Of a stretch of 64,000 nucleotides of DNA, positions 20,287 to 31,756 are shown one piece after another. The notes under the pieces are model-generated. The model was not told the DNA's origin and did not search any database. It was given only the letters and a program-made list of their open reading frames with translations. The DNA is taken from positions 1,376,001-1,440,000 of the forward strand of contig CAWDXG010000004.1 of assembly GCA_963806225.1 (NCBI GenBank). The letters are read 5' to 3'. Every line of letters starts with the position of its first letter. Position 1 is the stretch's first letter. This DNA comes from an uncultured delta proteobacterium (GTDB lineage Bacteria > Myxococcota_A > Polyangia > Polyangiales > Polyangiaceae). The position numbers and the translations under genes are program-made.

Positions 20287-20787
20287 ATGGCGATTCGAGA
20301 GATCCTGAGGTATCCGGACGAGCGTCTACGCGAGGTCGCGCAGCCGGTGGACGAGGTCACCGACGAGATCCGGCAGCTCGTCGAGGACATGGCCGAGACC
20401 ATGTACGACGCGCCCGGCGTCGGGCTCGCCGCCACGCAGATCGGTGTCAACAAGCGCATCTTCGTCATCGATGTAGCCAGCGACGACGAGCCGAGCGACC
20501 TCAGGGTGTTCATCAATCCGGAAATCCTCGAGCTCGACGGCTCGCAGAGCTGGAGCGAAGGCTGCCTGTCGTTCCCCGGCGTGAGCGAGGAAATCAAACG
20601 CGCCGAACGGGTCAAGGTGCGTGCAGTCGGCGCGGACGGCAAGCCGTTCGAGCTGGAAACCGACGGCCTGCTCGCCGTGGCGATCCAGCACGAGAACGAT
20701 CACCTCGACGGCGTGCTGATGATCGACAAGCTCAGCGCCATCAAGAAGCGCATGATGGGCCGCAAGCTCGCCAAGGCGACGGCCTAG
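20287..20787 (+). CDS. def: Peptide deformylase
   Basis: [24 protein letters not shown]. Confidence 0.96.
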   Translation: MAIREILRYPDERLREVAQPVDEVTDEIRQLVEDMAETMYDAPGVGLAATQIGVNKRIFVIDVASDDEPSDLRVFINPEILELDGSQSWSEGCLSFPGVSEEIKRAERVKVRAVGADGKPFELETDGLLAVAIQHENDHLDGVLMIDKLSAIKKRMMGRKLAKATA

Positions 20788-20839
20788 TATCCCGCCCGGC
20801 CACCCCCACCGGAATCCTCCCGGAGGGCTTCGCCCCCCG
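20784..20839 (+). repeat. Dispersed intergenic repeat, copy 1
   Basis: 53/56 identical to 25561-25616; starts at the CTAG containing the def stop codon. Confidence 0.85.
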
Positions 20840-22690
20840 TCAGCGTGACGGCGGGCGCGTGAAGAGCGACGTTTCCAGCGGGACGCCGCGGGCGTTCAGC
20901 TCCTCGACGATGCGGGGCACGACGCCGCTCGGGTTGAATGTGCCTTCCACGGCGCCTCCGGCGGCGGTCCGCTCCACCACGAAGGTGAAGATATCCTGCA
21001 GCTTGATCTCGTCGCCCTCGACGCCCTGCAGCTCGACCACCCTCAGGACGCGATGCCGGCCGTCGCGCAGCCGACTCACCTCGATCGCGATATCGAACGA
21101 GGACGCGACCCATTCGCGGGCGGCCGCGATGCTCATTCCCTGCCGCGCTACCGCGAGGTCGCCGGGCAGCCGGGCCATCGCGCGCCTCAGGCTCGGGGCG
21201 CGCAGCGCCGCGACCACGCCATCGGCGCCCTCGCCGATGGTTTCGACGACAGCGCCCGTGACATCGCTGTCCCTGAGCTCGATGACCAGGCGCGAATCGG
21301 GCATGCGCGCCGCGAGCTGTACGAGGTTGCGTGATTCCGCGCCGGAGTCGCCGAGGCTGAAGCGGGTCGCGGCCGGGTCATGGGCAACCACGTCGTCGAG
21401 CTCCTGGACCGAGACTATCGGCCCCTCGCCGGCCGCGGACAGCGCGCTCAACACCGACGACGTTCCCGCGTCGCGGGGGCCCACCACGAGGATGTTGCTG
21501 CGGGCGGCGACGCAGTGCGACAGGAAGGTCGCCATGGCACGCGAGATGGTACCGCTCCGTACGAGGTCGTCGATCGACAGGGCGACGCGCCGCGGTTTCT
21601 GCACCAGAAGCACCGTGCCGCTGACAGCCGCCGGCCCCATCACTGCGCTCGCCTTCGCGCCATTCGGCAGCCGGCACTCGACGGCGCGCTTGTCGGCCGC
21701 GAGCGGCTCGCCCGCCCGGCGACACAGACGCGCCACCACGCGACGGAGCGAAGCCTCGGACGAGAACGTCGGGTGGACCCTGCCCGATCGACCGTTCCTC
21801 ACGACCGTCACGCGGTCGAAGCGAGCCACGTTGATAGCCGACACTCCAACTTCATCCAGCAACGGGCCGAGCGGTCCCAGCTCGAGCAGCTCCAGGCGCG
21901 CATCGCGGGCCAGCGACTCGCGTGCGGCGTCGCGCGGGATCTCGCCTTCCTTGTCCAGCGCCGCGAGCTGCTCGGGGATCGCGCGCTCCACGCGCGCCGT
22001 CAGCGCATCGTCGATATCGCCATCGAGCGCTGCGGACGGCAGCTGTTCGATCACGCGCTCGACCAGAGTCGCGAGGGCCGTACCGTAGACTCCCGCGTCC
22101 TCGGGGATGTCCACGTCCGGCGTGGAGACGCTCGGCACTTCGATAGCGGGCTGCGAGGCGTCCGGTATCGACGCCAGCGATCCCGGTCGCGAGTCGGTTC
22201 CGGGCGGGGGCTCCACGGTCGCGCTCGGCAGGCGTGCTGCGCCGGGCACGCGCGGTGGTCCCGGTACCTGTGGATAGCTGCCGCCGCTCTCGTCGGCCTC
22301 GAGCGGTTGCGCCGAAACGAACTTCTCCTGCGATTCCCGCGATGCCAGCACGGGACCGCTGCCCGTGGCCTCTGCGGGCGACGCCGCGTCGCCCAGCTCC
22401 TCGGGCACCTCGATGCGCAGCACGAAATCGCCAACGTAGATGCGGTCGCCTTCGCGCACGATCGTCGCCTGCGAGATGCGGCGACGGTTCACGTAGGTTC
22501 CGTTGGTACTGTTGAGATCCGTGACGATGAACCGCCCATCACGGAACAGCAGACGAGCGTGACGTTTCGACACGTTGCCCTTGGGCAGCATCAGATCATT
22601 GCCCTGGACGCGACCCACGCTGATCTCGGATCGGTCGAAGACCTCGCGCCGCTCGGCCCCCCCTTTCTCGCTGATAACAATAGCGAACAC
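20840..22690 (-). CDS. FHA domain + CpaF/TadA-like ATPase fold with degenerate motifs
   Basis: FHA GR..NDL..VSKRHA..STNGT; CpaF-like C-terminus; Walker A reads GPRDAGTS; GTG start with AAGGA RBS. Confidence 0.82.
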   Translation of the reverse strand: MFAIVISEKGGAERREVFDRSEISVGRVQGNDLMLPKGNVSKRHARLLFRDGRFIVTDLNSTNGTYVNRRRISQATIVREGDRIYVGDFVLRIEVPEELGDAASPAEATGSGPVLASRESQEKFVSAQPLEADESGGSYPQVPGPPRVPGAARLPSATVEPPPGTDSRPGSLASIPDASQPAIEVPSVSTPDVDIPEDAGVYGTALATLVERVIEQLPSAALDGDIDDALTARVERAIPEQLAALDKEGEIPRDAARESLARDARLELLELGPLGPLLDEVGVSAINVARFDRVTVVRNGRSGRVHPTFSSEASLRRVVARLCRRAGEPLAADKRAVECRLPNGAKASAVMGPAAVSGTVLLVQKPRRVALSIDDLVRSGTISRAMATFLSHCVAARSNILVVGPRDAGTSSVLSALSAAGEGPIVSVQELDDVVAHDPAATRFSLGDSGAESRNLVQLAARMPDSRLVIELRDSDVTGAVVETIGEGADGVVAALRAPSLRRAMARLPGDLAVARQGMSIAAAREWVASSFDIAIEVSRLRDGRHRVLRVVELQGVEGDEIKLQDIFTFVVERTAAGGAVEGTFNPSGVVPRIVEELNARGVPLETSLFTRPPSR

Positions 22691-22897
22691 GGGTCCTTTC
22701 GCCTGGGACGGGGAGGATATCACAGCAAACCCACCCATACTTTCGATGGGACCCGGCCGCTGTCAATGCGACTTGTCGCACGGAAGCACCCCGGGATGAC
22801 CGGAGCGGGCACAAAACGCCAGCGACCGGCCACAAGGCCGGTCGCTGCTACCGCGCGTGCCGCCGCGCCCCGCCGGAGCGCAGCCCATTCAGCTGGG

Positions 22898-23080
22898 CTA
22901 ACGGGGCCCCTGCCCCTTGACCTCGCTGGTCACGAGCCCGAGCAGCTCGCCAGCCAGGGCGAGCACGTCGTTCTCGCTGAAGCCGCTGCCCCTGAGCTCC
23001 CTGTAGATGCTCTTGGCCAGGATGCGCACGGCGCGCGGGTCGTTCGGGTTCGGTGTCGTCTCGGAAGTCAGCGCCATCAT
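22898..23080 (-). CDS. Small hypothetical protein
   Basis: MMALTSETTPNPNDPRAVRILAKSIYRELRGSGF..., amphipathic helical, plausible RBS. Confidence 0.65.
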   Translation of the reverse strand: MMALTSETTPNPNDPRAVRILAKSIYRELRGSGFSENDVLALAGELLGLVTSEVKGQGPR

Positions 23081-23217
23081 CTCACCAGGTGTTCGGTTGT
23101 CGCGGGGCTGTATCCAAGAACAGTGCCGACGCCGATCCTGTTTCGTGATGGTGCCCTTTTCCCACGCTTCGCCTGGATGAGGGGCGCACACACGCGAACC
23201 CCGCTTCGCAGTATGCC

Positions 23218-23232
23218 GCGAAGTGCGTGCCA
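23218..23232 (-). promoter_or_regulatory. Candidate sigma54 promoter
   Basis: TGGCACGCACTTCGC (GG-N10-GC) upstream of the small ORF. Confidence 0.4.
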
Positions 23233-23313
23233 CAGGCGCACACATGTACGCGCACCGCGAGACCTGAAGGAAACGCTACTGGTTCAACAAGTCACTGGTT
23301 GAACCGGTGCGGT

Positions 23314-23682
23314 TCAAGCGAGGCTCTGGCGCAGCTCGAGCGTCGCGGAACCACGGGGGTAGCTCACGACGATCTTCTTCTCCGGCCGCTTGATCTCGCA
23401 GAGCAGGCTTGTGACCAGCTCGCGCCCACCGGAACCAAAGAACAGGGCATCCCCCACTCCCGGCTCCTCCAGGCACGGAATTGCGGTGCCGTTCTTGTGG
23501 AACCGCACGCCACCGCTGAGGCGACGGTTCAACGCCAGATGCGAGGAAAGCCAGGTGCCCGAGTTCCGATCCCGCACCGCGACACAGACCTGGTCGCGGA
23601 AGTGATACTCCGTGTTGCGGGTGACGTACATCTGGTGACGGCGGCGTTCCGGACCGCCATATCCGCTTCGAGTCGGCTGCAT
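23314..23682 (-). CDS. Hypothetical protein
   Basis: Globular-looking 122 aa ORF (YVTRNTEYHFRD) with GGAGG upstream. Confidence 0.7.
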   Translation of the reverse strand: MQPTRSGYGGPERRRHQMYVTRNTEYHFRDQVCVAVRDRNSGTWLSSHLALNRRLSGGVRFHKNGTAIPCLEEPGVGDALFFGSGGRELVTSLLCEIKRPEKKIVVSYPRGSATLELRQSLA

Positions 23683-23836
23683 GGGTGCTCGTGTCCTCCG
23701 GGTCTATAGCGGACGCCGCTCGGCGGGCACGAGGCCGTGCCCGGGAGCTTGTCATCGCACGTGAAATCGTCGCAGGCAGCTCGAGCTGCGGCCAAGTTCC
23801 GCGGCGTGCGCTTATCAAAGCGCCGACAACTTCGGG

Positions 23837-24361
23837 TTGTGCGGAGCCACAGCCTACGATCGCGTCGTGCGACGCAGCCGACATCCCGGGCTCGCCAAGA
23901 CGCGCGGGCTTCCGCTGGTCCGCCAGCGTCGGCTCGACCTATGGCAGAGCGCCGACTACCGATGGCGCGAGCTGTTCGAAGCGGCGGACGTGATGAGCGA
24001 AGGCGCGACGCGCGAGGAACCCGGCGGCCGGATCTACTACGGTTCCACTAGCGTGCTTCTGCCGGTGGTGTCGCGAGGTGGGCTCGTGCCCGACGAGGAG
24101 CTCGCGCAGGTCTCGCGGCTACTCGCCGCCGATCCGCACGCGCGCGTGCGCGCTGTCCGCATCGCCTGCCTGGAAGCGGAGCTTCGCTCCGGCGGACCCA
24201 TGGGACGCGTACGTGCCGAGCTCGTGGTGCGACCGGATCCGCGCGGCGCGCGCATCGATGTCGAGGTGGAGGCACCGGTGTTCGAGCGCCCGCGCGGACG
24301 TCTGCGCCGCGCCGCCGCCGTGCGATTCCGCCGCGACAAGCGCGGCGGCGGTTCCTCCTAG
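23837..24361 (+). CDS. Hypothetical protein (start uncertain)
   Basis: Protein-like composition filling the gap between neighbours. Confidence 0.55.
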   Translation: MCGATAYDRVVRRSRHPGLAKTRGLPLVRQRRLDLWQSADYRWRELFEAADVMSEGATREEPGGRIYYGSTSVLLPVVSRGGLVPDEELAQVSRLLAADPHARVRAVRIACLEAELRSGGPMGRVRAELVVRPDPRGARIDVEVEAPVFERPRGRLRRAAAVRFRRDKRGGGSS

Positions 24362-24565
24362 CTCGGGGCGCGAGCGATTGAGAGCACAGGGCGCGCACGT
24401 CAAGTGCCTTTTGGCCCCGCCGTGCGCAACCGAACGACAATCCGGACCGCGCGAAACGCGCGGCCTCGTCGCTGTTTCGGACTAAGGCTTGACACCGAAG
24501 GCGTCGCGGAAGAAACGACAGAGAGACCAGGGCTGGAACGAGACGGCGGGGCGCAGCAAGTAGAC

Positions 24566-25564
24566 ATGGCTCGCAAGAAACGACGCGACGAAAAGATCAT
24601 CCACGTCGTGTTCGGGCCGGGTGGCGGCCGGGTGCAGCAGCAGAAGAACACACCCGACACGAAGACCAAGCGCGAGCAGACGCCCTCGAACCGCGAGCCG
24701 CTCACCGACCTGTTCACCCGCAGCGAGATATCCCGTCTGCTCGGCTTGACGCCTGCGCGCTTGAGGACACTCGACCGCGCGGGCGTGGTGTCGCCCACCG
24801 GCCGTCGCCGCGGTCGTCGCGCCTACACCTTCAGCGACTTGATCGCGCTGAGGACCGCGCAGACTCTGCTCGACCGCAAGGTGCGGCTGCGCGACGTGAC
24901 GCGCGCCATCACCAAGCTGAAGAACTCGCTGCCGAAGGTGACGCGCCCACTGGTCGAGCTCAGGATCGTCTCCGACGGACAACGGGTCGTGGTGCGGACG
25001 CAAGATGGCGCCTTCGAGCCGCTCACCGGACAGATGCTTCTGGACCTGGAAGTGAAGTCGCTGCGCGACGACGTGGTGCGCGTGCTCAGGCCGTCTGCCG
25101 GGCGCGAGCGCGCGCGCACCGCCTACGAGCTGTACCTGCAGGCGAGCGAGCTGGACGAGGACCCGGCGACGATGGACCAGGCGGAGGACCTGTACGCGCG
25201 CGCCATCGAGGTCGATCCCTGGCTGGCCATCGCCTACACGAACCTCGGCAATATCCGTTTCCGGCGCCACGACCCGGAAGGGGCCGAGACCCTGTACAGA
25301 AAAGCCCTGGAAATGGACTCGCGGCAGCCGGAAGCCCAGTACAACCTGGGCTACGTGATGCTGGAACGAGGACGCGCGGACATGAGCATCCCGCTGTTCC
25401 TCGGCGCCATCGAGTCCGATCCGCGATTCGCCGACGCCTATTTCAACCTGGCGATGGCCTACGAGCAGGTCGGCGAGACACAGAAGGCCCGCCCCTTCTG
25501 GAAGAACTACATCTCGCTCGAGCCCGCCGGCACCTGGACCGAGATCGCCAAACGGCATCTCTAG
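24566..25564 (+). CDS. MerR-type HTH + TPR protein
   Basis: FTRSEISRLLGLTPARLR...YTFSDL HTH; AYTNLG, AQYNLG, AYFNLA TPR repeats. Confidence 0.85.
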   Translation: MARKKRRDEKIIHVVFGPGGGRVQQQKNTPDTKTKREQTPSNREPLTDLFTRSEISRLLGLTPARLRTLDRAGVVSPTGRRRGRRAYTFSDLIALRTAQTLLDRKVRLRDVTRAITKLKNSLPKVTRPLVELRIVSDGQRVVVRTQDGAFEPLTGQMLLDLEVKSLRDDVVRVLRPSAGRERARTAYELYLQASELDEDPATMDQAEDLYARAIEVDPWLAIAYTNLGNIRFRRHDPEGAETLYRKALEMDSRQPEAQYNLGYVMLERGRADMSIPLFLGAIESDPRFADAYFNLAMAYEQVGETQKARPFWKNYISLEPAGTWTEIAKRHL

Positions 25565-25670
25565 TGTCCCGCCCGCCCACCCCCACCGGAATCCTCCCGG
25601 AGGGCTCCGCCCCCCGAGCCCCCCTCACGCGATTCGCTTCGCTCATCGCGGGCTCGCTGTCGCTTCGCTG
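25561..25670 (+). repeat. Dispersed intergenic repeat, copy 2 (with downstream hairpin)
   Basis: CTAGTGTCCCGCCCGCCCACCCCCACCGGAATCCTCCCGGAGGGCTCCGCCCCCCG followed by CGCGATTCGCTTCGCTCATCGCG. Confidence 0.85.
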
Positions 25671-25712
25671 GAGTGCGCGCTGACGGGTCCCACACCCACT
25701 CTATAGGCGTCG

Positions 25713-26537
25713 CTACATGCGACGGTGTTTGAGGCTCGGGAGCGTGTTGCGCACGCGTTCGAGATAGGCGCGATCGAGATCGGCGACAATGACGCCGACG
25801 CCGTCGGAGCTCTCGGCGACGACGGTGCCCCACGGGTCGGCCACCAGCGAGTGGCCGTACGACGCGCGACCCTTCGGGTGCTTTCCCCACTGCGCCGCCG
25901 CTACCACCCACGCCTGCGACTCGATGGCGCGCGCGCGGAGCAGCGGATGCCAGTGATCCTTGCCCGTCTGCAGCGTGAACGCGGCGGGTACCAGCAGCAC
26001 CTCCGCGCCGCGCTCGACCAGCGCGCGGTACAGCTCGGGGAAGCGCAGGTCGTAGCAGATCGACAGTCCGAACCGGAAACCCTCCAGCTCCACCACGACC
26101 GGCTCGGCTCCAGCGAGCGTCGCGACCGACTCGAGCAGCTGGGTGCCGTCGGGCAGCTCGACGTCGAACAGATGGATCTTCTTGTAGCTTGCCGCGATCT
26201 CGCCGGACGGCGCGATCACCGCGCACGTGTTGTGCGGTCGCTTGGCGTCGCTGCTCGCTTCCGGAAAGCCCCCGGCCACGATCGTCACGCCCGTCTCGCG
26301 CGCAGCGCGCATCAGCATGCCCTGGATCGGCGCGGCGCTGTCGCCGAGCCGTTCGGCGAGCTCGCGCTTGCCCGTCTCGGGCCCCAGATACGCGAAGTTT
26401 TCCGGCAGCACCACCACGCGCGCCGACTCGGCCGCGGCCGCCTCGATGAGGCGTCGGCAGGTCGCCAGGTTCTGCTCCACGTCGTCCTGACAGCCGAGCT
26501 GCACGGCGGCAACACGCAGGCTTTCGCTGCTCTTCAT
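25713..26537 (-). CDS. Carbon-nitrogen hydrolase (Nit1-like amidase)
   Basis: LPEN, YKKIHLFD, ICYDLRFPE catalytic motifs. Confidence 0.93.
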   Translation of the reverse strand: MKSSESLRVAAVQLGCQDDVEQNLATCRRLIEAAAAESARVVVLPENFAYLGPETGKRELAERLGDSAAPIQGMLMRAARETGVTIVAGGFPEASSDAKRPHNTCAVIAPSGEIAASYKKIHLFDVELPDGTQLLESVATLAGAEPVVVELEGFRFGLSICYDLRFPELYRALVERGAEVLLVPAAFTLQTGKDHWHPLLRARAIESQAWVVAAAQWGKHPKGRASYGHSLVADPWGTVVAESSDGVGVIVADLDRAYLERVRNTLPSLKHRRM

Positions 26538-26627
26538 GCCCAGAAGTGTAGATCACGCCCTCCGCACGCACCCGAAAGATGCTGGTTTCACCCCTGCCGG
26601 CTCGCTACCCTGCGGCGTGAAGAGGGC

Positions 26628-28049
26628 ATGACCGATTTCTCCACTGGAGCCATGCAGGAATTCGGCGGGCCTTCCGCGCCGCGCGCGCCGGGCGCCGGTC
26701 CCACTGCGGGCCTGGTGCTGCTCTACGCGGAGGAGTACGCGTCGCTGCCGGCCGTCTTCCTCCTGACCGAGCGCCGCTCGCTGATCGGCCGCGACGAGGG
26801 CGCCCTGTTCCAGCTGCCGGTCAAGGCCGTCTCGCGCTCGCACGCGGAGGTCGCCTGGGAACGCGGCCTGTGGATCATCCGCGACCTCGGCAGCCGCAAC
26901 GGCACGCTCGTCGACGGCCACCCCGTCCGCGAGTGCCCGCTCGAGCCGATGAGCGAAGTCCGCATCGGCGACGCCATCCTGAAGTTCGTCGAGCGGCACG
27001 CCGAGCTGATGGCCGACTACCGCATCGACGGAGTCGTGCTCGGCGATCGGGCGCGGAGCAGCTCGTCCGCGCTCGTGGGCGGCTACCAGATGGATCGCAT
27101 TGCCGGCGATCTCGAGCGCATCGCCCCCACCGAGCTCAGCGTGATGCTGCTGGGGGAAAGCGGCACGGGCAAGGAGGTCGTCGCCGGCGAGCTGCACCGA
27201 CTGAGCGAGCGGCGCGGTCGCTTTGCCGCCGTCAATTGCGCTGCGATCCCCGGCAATCTGCTCGAGAGCGAGCTGTTCGGCTACAAGCGCGGCGCGTTCT
27301 CCGGCGCCGATCGCGACAAGCCCGGTCTCATCCAGAGCGCGGACGGCGGCACGCTGCTGCTCGACGAGATCGGTGACATGCCGCTCGAAGCGCAGGCCAA
27401 GCTCCTGCGCGTGCTGCAGTCGAAGGAAGTGTTCCCGCTGGGCGCCACCACGCCCGAGCGCGTCGACGTGCGCATCGTGTGCGCGACGCACCGCGACCTC
27501 GGCCGGCTGCAACAGGCGGGGAAGTTCCGCGAGGATCTGTTCGCGCGTCTGAACGAATACCAGCTGCGCCTGCCGCCGCTCCGCGAGCGCAAGGAGGACA
27601 TCTTCATGCTGGTGCGCGCGTTTTTCGAGCGTCACAGCGGCGCGGCGCTCTCCGTCTCCTTCCCGTTCATGACCGCGCTCATCAACTACGACTGGCCGTA
27701 CAACGTGCGCGAGCTCGAGGCGTGCATCAAACGCTCCATCGCGCTCTCGGACGGCGCGCTCATCGACGTGGATCAGCTGCCCGACCCTGTGCGCGACGCG
27801 ATGAGCGACTACGGCGATCCGCTGGCGCCGGGAGCGCGTCCGAGCGGCGCGCCGCCGCCAGCCAGCGCGCCGCCCGCCACCGGCAGCGTCCTGCCGCGCA
27901 GCGTCATGCCGACCGAAGCGGAGCTCTGCGCCCTGCTGGCGCGCCACCACGGCAACGTCGCCGCTGTCGGCCGCGAGCTCGGCAAGGCCCGCATGCAGAT
28001 CCACCGCTGGATGAAGCGCTTCGGGATCGAGGTCGACGACTACCGGTAG
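26628..28049 (+). CDS. FHA-domain sigma54-dependent transcriptional activator
   Basis: FHA (VSRSHA, SRNGT), [30 protein letters not shown]-terminal HTH. Confidence 0.93.
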   Translation: MTDFSTGAMQEFGGPSAPRAPGAGPTAGLVLLYAEEYASLPAVFLLTERRSLIGRDEGALFQLPVKAVSRSHAEVAWERGLWIIRDLGSRNGTLVDGHPVRECPLEPMSEVRIGDAILKFVERHAELMADYRIDGVVLGDRARSSSSALVGGYQMDRIAGDLERIAPTELSVMLLGESGTGKEVVAGELHRLSERRGRFAAVNCAAIPGNLLESELFGYKRGAFSGADRDKPGLIQSADGGTLLLDEIGDMPLEAQAKLLRVLQSKEVFPLGATTPERVDVRIVCATHRDLGRLQQAGKFREDLFARLNEYQLRLPPLRERKEDIFMLVRAFFERHSGAALSVSFPFMTALINYDWPYNVRELEACIKRSIALSDGALIDVDQLPDPVRDAMSDYGDPLAPGARPSGAPPPASAPPATGSVLPRSVMPTEAELCALLARHHGNVAAVGRELGKARMQIHRWMKRFGIEVDDYR

Positions 28050-28282
28050 GCGCCACGCGGCCCGCGGGCCAGGGCGCCTTTGTGCGGAAATTTCCGGAGC
28101 GGCTTGAGGTAACTGTCGCTCTGGGCTACGCAGGCCCGCGTTTTCACGTTACTTCCCAGTCGCTTGCCGCGCCGCGGAGCAGGGGTCGGCTTTCCCTCTT
28201 CCCCCGGGCTCCGGCAGGCGCTAGCCCGGTCCCATCGCCCGCCAGCACGGGCTCCTTCCTGAACGCTCGGCCTGCTCCCTCG

Positions 28283-30974
<2,692 letters not shown>

Positions 30975-30996
30975 CCGCCGCGGGGGCGCGCCGCAT

Positions 30997-31032
30997 GTAG
31001 CAAAATGCCACGCATTTGTGACATTTTGCTAC
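30997..31032. promoter_or_regulatory. AT-rich inverted repeat after bamA (operator or terminator)
   Basis: GTAGCAAAATGCCAC-N6-GTGACATTTTGCTAC, one mismatch. Confidence 0.5.
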
Positions 31033-31147
31033 GTTTCCGGAGGTCCTGGCAGCCCCTGCCCTCCGCAGCGACGATCCTGCACGGATCCCCTGCACAACCT
31101 GGAAGCGCGAGGCGCGCCGGCACCCGCGTTGTACGCTTCAAGCAGCG

Positions 31148-31717
31148 ATGAGCAGCGGACGGGACAACGAGCGCGGCCAGCCCACGCCGGCGACGGCGCG
31201 CGACGGCACGCGCGTCGAAGGTGCGCCGGACGCCGTGCGCGTGCCGCGGCGCGATACCGATCCGGTCAGCGGCCCCCCCGACGAGTCCGGGGTCTCCGCG
31301 CGCGGCGTCGTGCTGCGCGAGGCCACGGCGCCCGGCAACGAAGCACCGCATAGCGCCGCCCCCACGCCCAGGAACGTGGAGACCCAGGAACGCAGCGCGC
31401 CGACCGTGCGGCGCGCGGACCGGATCTCGCGCGGTGTGCGCCCCGAAAAGCCCCCGCCCGCGCCGGCCGAGCGCGCCGACGAGGCCAGCGAGACCACGCT
31501 CCTGTCCGCGCCCGCTCCGGCCGATCACTTCGAGGTCGACGTGGAGCGCCGGCTCGAGGAAAGCGAGCGGCGCCTCGACCAGCTCGAAGCCGATCTCGCC
31601 CACTTCGCCGAGCCACGACCGCCGGCCGAGCGCCGCCTGGCAGAAAACCCGCTGTTCTGGATCGTATTCCTGCTCGCGGTCGCCGTGGCCTGGCTGCTGT
31701 TCCACGCCGCACACTGA
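31148..31717 (+). CDS. Hypothetical protein, disordered N-terminus, coiled coil, C-terminal TM
   Basis: ERRLEESERRLDQLE coiled coil; FWIVFLLAVAVAWLLF. Confidence 0.6.
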   Translation: MSSGRDNERGQPTPATARDGTRVEGAPDAVRVPRRDTDPVSGPPDESGVSARGVVLREATAPGNEAPHSAAPTPRNVETQERSAPTVRRADRISRGVRPEKPPPAPAERADEASETTLLSAPAPADHFEVDVERRLEESERRLDQLEADLAHFAEPRPPAERRLAENPLFWIVFLLAVAVAWLLFHAAH

Positions 31718-31756
31718 CTCGTGCCGCGGCGGGCGCCGCGCTAGCGTTGGCGTGCC

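Noticed and set aside
27280..27310. GAFSGA instead of GAFTGA in the sigma54 activator
   Set aside because: Common natural variant; not evidence of novelty.
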